A stretch of 64,000 nucleotides of DNA from Raillietiella orientalis (GCA_036172245.1 JAYWIR010000015.1:744001-808000); one strand, 5' to 3'; shown: positions 1-13,020, numbered from the stretch's first letter. The notes: generated from the letters alone by a model not told the origin. Program-made: numbers and translations.

Positions 1-594
1 TCAATTGCTGGAATTTTAAAATGAAACTTTCCAAGACACTATTTTTCTAGTTACCCTTGTTGACTATTATTGGTAATCACAGCATAAAAGTAGTATTGTG
101 CATATTATTCATCAGAATAAACACATACTTAAAGAAAAATCAGGCCTTTCCTCAACAATTAGTTACCCTACAAATACATCCATGTATTAAGACATTCTTG
201 CATATTAAAGGCCATTCGAATCATTTAGAATTGGCTGGAATCTCTGTACTGTGCTTTCCTTCAAAACATACACTCATTAAAGAAAATTCTAAATTTTGCT
301 GATTATTTTTGCATCTTTCTCTGACTCTGGATGATTTTGAATTTTTTATTGAAATAAAAGACAAAAGACCTTTAATTTTTTCACTTCATTTCTCTGAGCA
401 CTGTAAAACAATTTCCTTCTGACTTGCAATCAATGTACATCAAATTCCCTACATTCAATTACTACAAATGTGTTCAAACTGTTGCATGTTAATCAAGTTA
501 GCAGGTGAGCATATGTCACTTATTTGTTAGCTGAATATCAATGAACTAAATTCAGAACTGAGTACAACGAAATACAGGAAAAGCAGAAACTTAC

Positions 595-1565
595 ATTTGA
601 GAACAAACCGTGGCCCCACTTCCTTTAGTTCCACTTGTTGGTTGCCATTTTTCTTGTAAGTGTGATGACGAAAAATAATGTAATCTTCATGATTAATAAA
701 TGTCATTATCCTTTTACTATCTTCTTTAGGGACTGGAAACAAATATTTAAGAATATTCTGGACCTAAGGAAATTAACAAAAAGAAAAAGCTCTAAAAATA
801 ATGTTTCTTACTCTTTGTCCCAATTTTGTTTGGAAGTTGTGAAAAATTAAATGGGGATATTGCTCTGACATGGTTCCTAAATTTGGAACATCATGACGCA
901 TAACCACATCTCTAATTGTGAAATAGGCTGTGGGGCCAAAAGGAAGATGGCAGATAATCATGGTGTCAGGCACACCACGATGTTCATGTAAGATAATGAA
1001 ATCAGTTACTTGATTAGCACGGCAGGCATTTACTAATTGATGCATTTCATAATTTCCTCGATTCATTCGTTGTGCATTAGGAAATAGCAGTCTAACCTCC
1101 TGAAAGCTGGCTACCACAGTATAATTCAAAAACTTCTCACTTTACAAAACATTTTGAGACGAGCTGAAGGCTCACGAGAAGTGGTGATCATGATTTTGGG
1201 ATCCCGAACTCCTGCCCAATTATATTCATCATCCACATGATTTCCTGCTCCTATCCAGTCACTAGATGCAACAGCAGTTTCTGGACCAGCATCATCCCAT
1301 TCTTGATGTGACTGATACCTGAGGGCTCTTCCTCTCAAATCTCCAGGAATCTGAACACCCTCTATCAAAAATTCAAAAATTATTTAACGAGAGCCATACA
1401 AGATTCTTACCTTCTAGAGATTTCTGTAATCGAATTTTCCTATTCACAACTGTATTCCGCCTTCTTTCTAGGGATTTACGATACAAGTATTCTCTGCGAA
1501 GTCTTGCTTGTCGGCGTAACTACACTTACAAATTTTTGGAGAGTCACCACTATGTCACTTACCAT
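595..1565 (-). CDS. IMP4: U3 small nucleolar ribonucleoprotein IMP4 (Brix domain), 3'-partial; coding exons 1563-1565, 1411-1519, 1141-1361, 812-1099, 595-763
   Basis: Spliced translation M|LRRQARLRREYLYRKS...DDEYNWAGVRDPKIMITTSREPSARLKMFCK|EVRLLFPNAQRMNRG...HEHRGVPD..ICHLPFGPTAYF...PHLIFHNFQTKLGQR|VQNILKYLFPVPKEDSKR...FRHH...ELKEVGPRFVLK matches the known IMP4 motifs. All four introns are GT-AG and the phases join in frame. A donor at 594 opens an intron; the conserved C-terminal exon (LY.I.LGTL...EW..RPYMNT type) is not found in 1-594. Confidence 0.95.
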
Positions 1566-4500
1566 TTCTGTTGTAGCTTACATTCCTTAAAGTTTCTTAC
1601 AAAGGAGACACTTGCTATACATAGATAGCAGCCTGAAGTTTTACAAACATGACTAGAACAGTTGTTGAATTCCCTTTTTTTATCTTAAGGTAACTCGTTA
1701 CTTGATGTATCGGTCCGGACCATCTATGTGTAATTATTTGGAACACAAAATATGAACGAATACGATTTTTGGGAAAATGAATAAAACAATTCTAGCAGCA
1801 ACTCCTAAACCTACAAACTAGTAAAATCTGGAGCCCAAGAGCCAAAGTACATCATAAAATTGGAGGTTATCTTATGATCTTAATCAGAAAAGTAAAAAAT
1901 TAAACTACTGCTTCGAACTTAATTCCCAAAGGAGGTTTCTATCTTTCGTTCGTAAAGTTTTGCGAATCTCGAAAAAGAAAAAAGCGCGCACATGTGATTC
2001 ATTTTCTTCAAATTTTGACGCAACTCAATAATATGCAAATACATACGAAACTCTTCCATTAAACACAAGCATAACAACAGAAAGGCAAACAGTTTTCATA
2101 ATTTTCATACAACAGGCTGATTCTCGACATCAAATGAATCTTTTAACTTTTCAATTACGCTCTATGAATGCAGTGATACCAATTTGTGGACAGAGCACCA
2201 TTTTCATGTGTAGCTATTTGCAGTTTTCTAATATTGGTACATCCAGTCCTGTGACGGTGAAAGTATGCTTTTATGGAAAACCTAAATTTTAATCCATTAT
2301 TCAAGAGATTTCTTGTTGAATTACTTCGTTATAGAATGTGTAAGTGAAAAGAGAGTAAGTTTTTAGGGAAGCAGAAATCTTGATTTTCATGCATCAAATG
2401 CTTTCTACAAGCGTAGAAAAGCATGCAAAGCATCTAAGGGTATGAAAAGATGTCTCTGAATAAGAGTTGACTTACTGAAATGCTGATTTCTGTGAAAATC
2501 ATTTAAGTGTGCTTCTACAAAATATTTCAATGGCGACTTTTAGTGTCACAACTTGCTCGCATTAAGCATCATACAAGTTTTTTCCCTTTTACTCCTCTAC
2601 AATTCATCAGGAAAATATTATTTCAAGGCCGAATTACATTTCCTTCCTCGGAATTTGAAAAATTCGTTTATTTACACAAACTTTCCTTTCTTTGCTTTTT
2701 CGTTTTTTACAACTTTTAGCTCAGAGAAGCAAAGCATCAGCGTAGTTAAGGGCACGCTAAGTTCATGATTCAGTTCCCAGATTAGATTAAAAACGAAGCA
2801 TATGATAAAGTGCTAAATAAGTACCACAGTTAGAACAACAGGACTAAATTTTTCAATAAATGAGCGTGCGTCAAATAAAAAATGCTAACTATAAAATCAA
2901 CTAAAGCTTAGACTTTGTACATTTATAATCCACACATTCCTTTTATTTCGTGATTATATACTAAATACTTGGTTTGATAATGTTATTTATGTTTTATCCA
3001 GTTTTACATATTTGATAATACCAGGAATTCGAAAGAAAAAAATTCAGCACAAAGCATGCATCTTTTTAACAGTGGATACAAAAGCTTTTATAGCCATTGG
3101 TTCACGAAAACACGATGAAGACTGCAATTAGAAAGATAAGCTTTGAATCATCATTTGTAATCAAAATTCAATTTTATGTGTAGAAAGAATAAACGAAATC
3201 CAGAAAACAAAGGGATGCTGCAATCAATGCATGACAGATCACATGTTTCAAAATAAACAATAGATAGGAAAGATGTTCGTGAATGGAAATTAAATGAAAA
3301 AAAAAACAGTGATATAATGAAATGCAAATGTAATTTTCGAAATAATGGAAGTATTCATCACATCAAGAAGGCAACAGAACGCATGTTGAGTAAAGTATGA
3401 GTAAGTGTAAAAAAATGAGTTGTGTAAAAAAAAAAAAAAAAAAACTGATAATGTGGATTTCTAATGAGCGTAAATGATCTGTTCTTCAACGCAGGTGTTT
3501 ATGATCTGTTGGTTTTTTCATTGTTTTCCTTTTTTCTCTCTTTCTAATGCTTTCCTCAAGCCGTAAACAGAAATGTAAAACAAATTCGTTTTCTATTCAT
3601 GATGAATTAATTAATTTCTTGTTACCATTCATTCAATTATTATATTAGAAAATCTCGACTGCCTGAAACATAGGTCATGATGTTTTTTTTTTTTTTTCTA
3701 GCATGCTGGATGATGCTCTTCATCCTTGCGTAGTTTTGGAAAATTATCATGAACTATTTGGCTGTAGAATTATATTAGCTTGTAGACACACTGTGGTTAG
3801 TAGAAGAGCAATAAGTACATTTGAGAGCATCTCCTCAAACTTACGTACAAATCGGTGTAAAGTAATAATGCAAATTTGACTTCCTGAAATCTGTCAAAAC
3901 AGTCACTTGGCACCAGAAATCACAACGTAAAAAAATTCACAAAATCAATAAAGCATTTTATTCCCACAGATCGAATTTGCAGACGGCAAAACGAATGCCT
4001 CACCATCATTTAGGTTTGTTCAATTAAACAGTAGATAGGAATTGTATAATGATTAGAAATTGAATTAGTATAATGAATGATATCTTACTCAAAAATAAGG
4101 GAACGATGATCCGTGGGTGGATATGGTGAAGAGATTCCGAGCAAGCAGATAAACTTATTAGATTATTCTACACTCTGAACAAGGAATGTTTGCAAAGTGG
4201 CTAGCTCTCATCGCACTTGGAATTATTCAGACAAGAGAACCAGGAGAAGCTGGAAGTTTTTCGAGATGATACGGGAACTACATGGATGGCCACAGAGCAC
4301 CATTTCCATTTTCGTGCTTCGAGATGTTCTTAGTATTCAACAGCAAACCTTGTGCTGGAAAATTGATACCCGCTGTCACATGACACAACAAGGGTCAGAG
4401 TACCATTTGAATGAAACCAGATCTCAACGAAGCATTTCCTTGGACACGAACTTCTAATCCCTGAGATGCGTCGAGGTGGTGAAATATTCTGGACTTTCGC

Positions 4501-5309
4501 CTAGAGCACCCTTGTTAGTTTTTTGCAGTACATGACTTTTGTCAAAATAGCAAAAGGACACAGAAAGTGGGATTTTGTAGATTTTAGCCATTTAACGAGT
4601 TTGGAAAGATTCCTTCGGTTCAATGAATTGCAGTCTGTTTGCATGGAAGGAATCAAAAGTAAGCATGGTCGAGGGAAGAATTCAAAAAAGAAAACAAGAG
4701 GAGCGTGCTGTCATGACAACTGCTTCTATTTTTGGGAACGAGCGCCCGTCGACCCTCCAATTCATCATTTAGTTCGGAAAAAATTACCATTATTTTTCTT
4801 TGTAACCGTTGTCTATTACGTGATTTCTTTCGTTTAACTGAACTCATGAAAACGGGAAATTCTGTTTTTGAAAAACGCTGCTCAGCATCCTAAGGGCTGC
4901 TAGTATCTGTCTCCTGTTTCATTAGGTCCACTTGGTTTATCGGAACGTTCCCGTTCGTTGCCTTGTTTCTTCTTTGCTTCCTCTCATTGTCTTCTCTCTT
5001 TCTTTAGCTTTTTTCTAGATTTAGGAACCTTTATAAGAAATCCGTCTGATTGCCTCTTGACAGTTTCACCGGAAATCCAGTCACCGTTACATCTCCTGTG
5101 CCTCACCACGACCGATACTCACCTCCTTGCTTTTCTTCTCATGGGGAGCATGGCCGGATAAACGCCTCCAAGACCGGAGTTCAGCTCGGCTTCAGCTGCG
5201 AATGCACGTGCTCCTCCACCCATCCTCATCCGTGCAAAGGCCTACAGAAAAGTGGACTGCAGCAAAGGCTGGTTTCCTTCAGGCTCGGCACCGTCCCTCT
5301 GAGGAGGAG

Positions 5310-5480
5310 AGCGGAATACAGTAGCAGCTTCTCCTTTCCTCTCCCTCAGAAACCCTTCCAGCGGGATATGAAAATCATTCTTCCGAATCAGGAAGAACTG
5401 TAAGCGATCCTCGTAGGCTTGCCACTTAAGCTTCTTGTCCGTCCGTGATGCCGAAAGGACGAAACAGGAGGTGCATCTAT
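5310..5480 (-). mobile_element. possible decayed Ty3/Gypsy gag N-terminal relic
   Basis: Frameshifted RPF...KWQAYEDRLQFFLI...KEKLLLYSAL resembles the PF..W..Y.ERL..F...K..LL start of Mag/Gypsy-type gag. No LTR or pol sequence is seen. Confidence 0.3.
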
Positions 5481-6640
5481 GCGCGAAAGAGGTAGACCAC
5501 CTTGTGGTGCACCTCATACGCAGATGGCCTTCGAGGGAACCATCATACCGAGAAAACAAAAAAAAAGAAAAAAAAGGAAGGCGAGGAAAGGAAGATGCGG
5601 AAAGGGACAGCAGGATTCACATTGGCATATCCAACCAAAAGTCCTACGGCCACTCCTCATGATATGAAAGTTGCTCCTGGAATGAGCATTGTTCCAGAGG
5701 AATGGAAATCCTGCTGGGGAAGGCAATTTTAGAACGTAATTGACATCAATCTAGAGGAGCTGCATTTAGAGGGTATCTCGGGGGAAAGTGAGCGGCCATT
5801 GGTTGGCTCGAAAGCGACTGGACGCGCCACCTGCGCGAAATTAAAGTTGAGCCTGACCTGACGCTTTCCGGACGATCGAAGAAAGCCAAGCTTTGCTTGC
5901 TTTCTTCGGCATCCCATTACCGAACCTTCAGCCGTACGGCAAAACGCTCCGGGTGGGGGGTGAGGTCGCGCTCATCACCTCGGGACCACCTCGCTTCGCG
6001 CAAGCCTCGTCGGCCTCATCGAAAAGGAGGTTAATTAGCGCGAGGCTGCTCGGAGGAGGGGAAAACGCGATGCCGCGTCTCTTTGCCGCAGAGAAAACGA
6101 TGCTTTCGCTCTCGCCGGGAGAAACCGAGGGAGCTGAAAGCGATATGCGAAGGAAAGTGAGGAGAATTCTTCGTCTTCGGCGCGATGGCAGGCGGCATCG
6201 CCCGCCCGCGCGCTCGCTGTACGCCGAGGGAAAGATTCGAAGGGAACGCAGAGGGAAATGGAAATCATCAATCATCAGGGGGTCCGGCCACGGCGGTGTT
6301 TACGTATTCATCAGAGGCGAAGACTCTTGCGTGAGGCATTTTGGATGCTTGCGCAATCGCAGGGATGGCCTGACGGATGCGGCATCAGGAAAGAGCGCCA
6401 CGTGCCTTTCTGGACGCGTGTGCGCTGCGCACCCGCTCGCGCGGTTCCTGCTGTCCAGGACTCGCCTCGGTTGCGAGCTCTCTGGACGTCCGTGGACCAA
6501 GCACTCCGGCGAAGGAGCGGCAGAAGTAGCTCGACAGTCTCCCGTCCTTGCCGGCAGACTGAGGCTGCGGGCCGGCTGCGAGCGGACCGGGGAGACGCGT
6601 GCGCGCGCCCTCCCTACTGCCAACTACCGCTCCGAACCAC

Positions 6641-7002
6641 TTTGGCTCAGTGCTGAAGAACGGTTGTTTCGCTTCGGAGGGGCGTCGGGCGGCTCAGCAA
6701 CGCCACCTTGTAGAGGTTTGCAAGGTTCTTCCTCTGTCACGCGCCCGAAGTGAGCGTGATGCGGGGAGGGGATGGGGAACCTAAAGGGTCCTTTCTTGAT
6801 TTCCGACTGCGTGGGCGCGAGCGTGTATGTGTGCTAACAACGCACACCAGAAGCCCGAACCATCTCAGAGCCATCTGGAGGGGGGAGAGGGACCGGAAAC
6901 CCACGGCGCATCCAACTCGGCATCCATCCTTGGGGAGTATTCGAACCTGGGACGCTAGGCGTTGCGCGCGGACTCTGTGGCTACGTGGTCGCCAATGCTG
7001 GC
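6641..7002 (-). mobile_element. tRNA-derived SINE, short form
   Basis: Minus strand reads GCCAGCATTGGCGACCACGTAG...CCAGGTTCGAATAC (A/B-box-like). The body aligns by eye with 29875-30250 (GTTGGATG..CCGTGGGTTTC; CGCTCAC..GCGTGACA; GGTGGCGTTG..GAGCC). It ends in the family tail GTTCTTCAGCACT. Confidence 0.8.
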
Positions 7003-8879
7003 AGTTATGGCCACCCGATAGCTCCAGCTCGAAGTGGAGGAAGGGAGAAATAGAAGTAGAAGCAGGAAGAGGAGTAGGAGTAGGAAAGGAGAAGTAGGAG
7101 GAGGAAGAAGAGGAGAAAGGGAGGAAAAGTCCCCGATGCCCGAGAGCCAGGAGGGAGACAGGGATTCTTGAATTTCGCCCCTGGGGTCTAAACACGATTC
7201 AAAGACGCTTCTGAGGGACTCGAGTCTTCAGCTGCCGTTCTCGAGAATTCCGTCCAGGGAGTTCCAAGGTTCTCGGCCTGGCTCATCCGCCGCATCCAAC
7301 GGAGCCCGCGACTCCCCCCTTCCGCTCTTCCTTCTCGTTTTCCCTTCTGCGCCTTTCCGCCGACGCCGATGACCCGCGAGATGCAAGCGACGAGACGTCG
7401 ATGTCTCTTCTCCGAAACGACGCAGCTGATGGAGACTCTGCCTCCCCCAGCTGGCTGCATCATGTGACGATTTGTTTCTCAGCGTGGATCTCCTTCTCTC
7501 GCCCTTCTCTTCTCCACCGTTTCCGAGGTCGGTCGTCCTTTGAAGCGGGGCGAAAGGGGGCGGTGAGCAGGGGAGTCCTCCAGGTCACGACGGGAAGAGA
7601 CACGCGACCCGGAGAGTCAGGAGGGGAGGCGCCTCCGCCGGCGGAGCGGAGCGGAGAGAGTGGAACAGCATCCTGCGACGATGCACCCCACGCAGCCGAA
7701 AAGCAGCTTCTGCCACGAGACGGCGCTGAGGAGTGGAAAGCCCGGAAGTCACGGGAGAGGAGGAGGAGAGACGGATGCACGTATCTGCGAGGTGAGGGTC
7801 AGAGGAGCATGGACCTTATTGGGAGGGAGCTTGGATGCTCTTTGGGGGTCAGTCAGGTGGGTGTCCATGCAGAACCACCCGGAAAAACAGCACGTGGAAA
7901 GGGTGGAAATGGAGAAAAAAAGAGCTCAAAGCGCGTCCAGGATGCATCCCGGAGTGCCAAGGGGCTTCCAGAGCCAACTGCGAGGACGAGGACCGCCATT
8001 TGCAATGGCGGGGACCATAGCGATGACCTTCCTCATTAGACCGGGCTTTCGGTGGGTCCTGGGTTTCAGAGGAGATTCGCAAGAGGTGGAAAAGGCGACG
8101 AACGACTTTGCTCGTCCTCCTGTTTTGCAAGACGGTCGGCGGAGGCACGGGGAAGCGTCAGCACCACACTAAACGCCGCGGATTTTTTGCTTTTCTCGTC
8201 CCGTTGGTCCCGAGTCCTCAGCGCGCCCAGATAAAGTCTCCCTCCACCATCGTCACGTGCACTCTTCTGGAGCCTCCCACACCGGGAGTCGCCGGCATCA
8301 TGAAGTCAGGAGGCGCCCCGAGACCGACTCCTTCTGAGGGAGGGGGGGGGGTCGAGGTTGTCAGGGGAGGAAGCTGCCGCAACGCAACCCATGGATCTCG
8401 TGGAAGAGCGCTTCCGGCCTGCCTCATTGCGGAGGGCTCCGGGGCATCCTCGCGAGAAGGCCGGGGCGAGAGAGTCTCCGTGTCCCTGGCACGGCAAGGT
8501 GAAACCACTGTGTCTTCTCCTTGGAGGAAGTGACCGGAGCCTTGATGGTCCTCGGATGAACAGACGCTCCCGTCCAGCTCCTCTCGAAGTGTGCGTGTCT
8601 CCATGGCAACAACGGGCTTGCCAGCCGTCCAGCTCCTGCCTCGTGAGAGCTCCTCCGGCAGGGGATCTGCCATAAGAAGGAGAAAAAAGGGCTGGGAATA
8701 GGCTGGTTTTCGCGAGTCACTCATGGACCCCTTTCTCCTAGGGAGCAACCCGGCGAGCGCCCTGCTGATGCGAGTGGCTTCCCCTTCCCAGCCACTCGCA
8801 TCAGCGGATGTCCCTCAGGGAGTCCTATGGGCCTCAAGGATGATCCATCAGGCGAGAGGGGGGCAGAATGGGCTTAGCA

Positions 8880-9310
8880 CAGCCATGCCTTCTCCATCGT
8901 CGACCTGACCTCTCTGAAGCAGGCGTCAATCTCAGAGAATTCCCTCTCCGGGTCGCACCCAATCAGGGCCACTGAGAAATACTCCCCGAGCATAGGATGT
9001 GTTTCTGGTGCGTTCCCTGCAGCAAGTTCCCGCCCGAGGCGTGAGAGGAAGGCCCGAGAGGTCCTTCCTCATAAGCGACCCCACGCGCCCTGAGAGACCT
9101 CTCCTCTGCTCGTCCCTGCGGGAACCCTGAAGGGTCAGCAGTGAGGCTGGGTGCCTTGGTTGATCTCCAGGAGGAGACCCTCCCAGAAAGGTTGGAAGGA
9201 TGCGCAGGAAAGGAAGCTGTGGAGCTGGCCCTTGAACTCCCGGTGGGGGGCCACTGGACTACCCCGGAGCAGCATGAGAAGGGAGGAGGACAGACGAAGT
9301 GAGGAAAGGT
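8880..9310 (-). mobile_element. degraded LINE ORF2 3' fragment (divergent subfamily)
   Basis: SLLMLLRGSP...HSFLSCASFQPFWEGL resembles the H.F..C.....FW zinc-knuckle tail. Colinear nucleotide blocks (CCTTTCTGG, GAGGTCT..AGGGCGC, TTTCTCAG, CTG.TTC.GAGAG.TC) are shared with 21330-21740. Confidence 0.45.
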
Positions 9311-11699
9311 TCCTCCTCCTCGCATTCTTCCTGGTTCCTCCCTTCCCCCCCCTCTCCTCCCATTTCCGCGCCACGACCTCTCCCCACAGATCTCTTCCCC
9401 CCTTTTCTCCCCGGAGGGAAGAACCCCCCGACCTAGGACACACTCTTTAGCTCCCCTGAGGCGTTCAATCCGGAGGTCTCTCGTGAGGTAGTCCTGAAGC
9501 GACCTTCCTCGCCGCTGGCGCCCAAGCGTGCCGGTGACCGAGGTAGCGAGCACCGTTCCGGGTCGGGAGAGGGGAGGAACGAGAGGAAGCGCTCGCCGCA
9601 GGCACCAGGCTGCTCTGCTGTTGCCGCTTTGCCCTCGCTGCCGTCCTTCGAGGCTCCTCTCTGCGAGCCCCCTCCCTCCCTCTTTCCAGAAACCCTTGCC
9701 TTACGTGAATCACCTGGGTTGTGCAGCGGAAACGAACCCCTCCAGCATCCTCGCCAGACGCAGTACCGAGGCTCTAAACCACGCCAGGTCGCTCACGGCG
9801 CCACCGTAGGCGTAGGCCCCTTGATCTCTGGCGGCAGGGGCCGATGCGTCTTCCGTGCTGCAGCGAGCGAGAGCTCCGTTTGCCGGTCTGGAGGCAAAGA
9901 ATCCACCTCGTTGCTCCGGCGACCGGCATCTCCTGTCGGAGAGTCTTGTGATGCTATCAAGGAGGGATGGCAGCACTTGGCTCCACTTTCTCTCAAATGA
10001 AGCATGCGGGAAGGTGAAGAGGACCTTGGAGGGCGGGGGAGCTGGTGTCCACCGGAGAGCGAGAGACGTGACTTCGCTCCTTCGCACGCAAACAACACGG
10101 CCTTTATTCCCCTTTGCCGCCGCAAGCAGCTTGGTCTCTGCTTCAGGAAGGGGCCATCCTAGCCATATTGGAGCTTCGTCTTCTCCCTCTTTCCAACCCC
10201 TGCCCTCGCGGTCATCACCCCTCGAGAGCGAAGATTCGTCTCCATGGTGCAGAGCCTTAACGAGCACGGAAGATCCCGAAAATCCCTCCTGGATCTTCAG
10301 GAAGACGAATGGAATCCAGCCTTACCATTTCCACGCGGAACCACCATGCTGCAGTCCTTCAAGTTCTCGGACGGTCGGCGACTGACCAGGGAACAGGGTG
10401 CTTCGGACCTTCGTTTCTGCAGAACGGGGATGGGGTTGGGTCGAGTTGGGACGAGTTACTAAAGAGTTACCCGAGGAGGAACCATGCACAAGAAGGCCGC
10501 ACAATTCCCCTCCCTCGCCGACATCCCGTGCCTCTTTGACAGATGCCAGAAGGGGGGGGGGGAAACAGCAGCTGCATTGAGACGCTCCTCCCATGGAAAC
10601 GGGCAAGAAATTCGTTGAGCCAGATACTAAAGCAACGAAGAGACAATCGCACCTGTCCCATTTCTGCGAGCTTCATTTCAACCTTGTCTTGTTTTGAGGA
10701 TCGAATCCGATGCTCAGGAGGCAGGGAGCTGCTTTGCTTGGCCTCATGCCGCCACCGCACTTGCACGCCTCGGAATCCTTGCTTGTCTGTGGCGCGACGA
10801 AGCCCCGATGCTGCGGTTTGCCTTTGCCATACATAAAGACATCTTCCGTGAGATTTCGAATTTGGGACTGCTGATAAGGACAGATTTTATCCGACAGAAG
10901 ATGCTACAGAGTACGTGGGAGAGCTGCGCACCGTCTTGCTTATCTTCGGGTCGCATAAATGTATCACCGTGGTTCATTCCTAAGGATGCTCTTCGTGATG
11001 CTGCTTGGCGACTTCTACTGCTGCCTGTAGGAATTCTTTCTTACCACATATTCTATGGGATTGCAATCGCCGTCTGGAGGATGCCCTAATCGTGAGTCCA
11101 GAATCGTCCGGTTCAAGGCAATTGGCTCATTCACTCGAAGGATCTTAGATGATTCATAGCTCACCGTTGGAATTCAACTCGATGACGAATCTTCTCGAAT
11201 GCAGTGATTCCGAAGGATGCGGAGCGGAGGGAGTCTACAGTTGCCTCAAGCTCTCTCTGTAGAGAAGCGGCAGAGGGGTCATGAAAAGCGTCCTGCGTAG
11301 AAAAGTTTCTTTTTTCACACTCAGGAAAAGGAGAGAGCAGGAAGAGTGCACTGCCTGCTTTTCAATTTCGATTGCTCTAAAACAATCAGCCCTGAATCCT
11401 TCTTTAATTTATTACCGCACCCCCCCTCTTCTTGCCAAAATCCCACATTTACTCTTGATTGAGTCTCCCGTCCTCGATGACCTGCAATCGAAATGCACGT
11501 TTTTCGATTCTTGCATCGGTTGTCAGGAGAGATTTCCAGGTGTCGCCTATTCCCGCACTTTTAAGAATTGAGAAAACTTAAAGATGTTCTCCATCGGTCC
11601 TCAACACACGCCCTCGGGAAATACAAACTCTCCTTGATGCGGCGCTGTCCTCTCCGCGCAAGAAACGATGGCAGCTGACCGACTGGGAAGTCACCTGCG

Positions 11700-12173
11700 A
11701 TCTCGCAAGTAAAAGAAAGTTCTTCAGCAGATGGACCACGAGTCAACCGACTGCAGCAGCACCGCTGGCCTAGCGCCAGGGGACTTCTCCGCTAGGAAGA
11801 TTTCCTGGTAATCCCCTGAAAGACGCCAAGATCCTCGTGGTTTTGAAAGACAGCTCCGTGCTTCCCCTGAAGTGGCAAGACTCGGCCGGCGCAACCAGAT
11901 CGGAGGAAGCTGGAATTTACCTCAACTGGCGCCAAACTGCGCCAGGTGAGGCGAAGCGGAATGCTTTCCTCATCCGATAGTGGCGTGCGTTGCCCTTGGA
12001 GAGGGGAGACTTTTTCACGACCCTCCAGCTACCGACGGACAACCCAAAGGACGCTTTGAAGTCCCTCCTCACGTGGAGCAGAATGTCTCCTGCGGAGGCC
12101 AGTCGCTCTCTGCTGCTTCGGTGGCACACAGGCAGCCCGAAGCTACGCCCAGACCCCTCCGGTCTAGTCATAT
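11700..12173 (+). mobile_element. L1/Tx1-like LINE ORF2 3' fragment, left part (interrupted by SINE)
   Basis: Encodes VLKDSSVLPLKWQDSA and PNCAR*GEAECFPHPIVAC, matching VLMNSRTLPLKWQESA and PNCARCGERESLLHLQMEC of the 57638-58446 copy. Confidence 0.75.
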
Positions 12174-13020
12174 GCCCGCGTTGACGGCCGTGTGGCTGCT
12201 GTCTCCGTGGTCTCTTCGCGTGGCACCAAGCATTTCGTGTTCGAATCCTCACGTGGAGCATCGACTCCGAGAAACGGGGGGTACGTCATGGGTTTCGATT
12301 CCCCCCTCCCTCCAGGATAACTCTGGTTGGACTTATAGACTTCGGGTGCGACATTGGTGGAAGTCAGATGTCCTCCTTGACTGGCCGGGATTGGAAGCTG
12401 ATCCTACAGGGTCCTTCCAGGAGTCAAGGAGCCGGTTACCTTCAGGAGTTCTCCTCCGGTTGTGAAAATGGTGCCATCTATTGCGTACCATGGAACTGGT
12501 TGATACTCCCCTCGGGGATTTTCCTCCTCAGAGTGTTAAGAAGCGCTCTGCTCCCTTCGGGAAGCGCCCTCCAGAGAAATTCGGAAGCGTCCCTTCATGG
12601 TTCTCTTCAGAGGAGCATCAAAGAGTGCCTCCTTGCAGGTTCCCTCAAAAGAAAGATTCCAGAAGCGGATCCTTTCTGTATTCCCTTGTGAGAAGAAACG
12701 AAGAGTGACCTCCTACGGTGGGGTCCCTCCAGAGAGAATAAGGAAGAAAGAATTCTCTCAGGGTTCCCTTCGGAGACAGCCAGGGCGAGGGTTCCCTTCC
12801 CAGGCGTAAGAGGAACGGACCCCTTCCTTCGGAGCCTTCCTGGATTCATAGGGTGGTCCCTTCCGGGTTCCCCCTATAACTTGACGAGTTACACGCACCC
12901 TCGGATGGCATGGAAGCGTTAAAGAGCTTTCAGCTCCCTCTCCCAAGAAGGCAAGCGGTTCACAAGTACTTTGACACTAAAAAAAAAACAAGACTACCCC
13001 GAGAAGAACGCCATCCTATC
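12174..13020 (+). mobile_element. tRNA-derived SINE, long form, full length
   Basis: Head GCCCGCGTTGACGGCCGTGTGG...GTTCGAATCC, then a second B-box-like GGTTTCGATTCC near 12291. The body is reverse-complement homologous to 49727-50598 and 45569-46257, and the tail GGTTCACAAGTACTT is followed by an A-rich run. Confidence 0.85.

Noticed and set aside
5893..6753. 286-aa ORF and other long Arg/Gly/Ser/Pro-rich ORFs in 5900-10400
   Set aside because: No recognisable domain, overlapping ORFs in many frames due to high GC, and it runs across a SINE.
8807..8836. VPQG-like reverse transcriptase motif
   Set aside because: Needs a frameshift and has no downstream YADD or other RT motifs.
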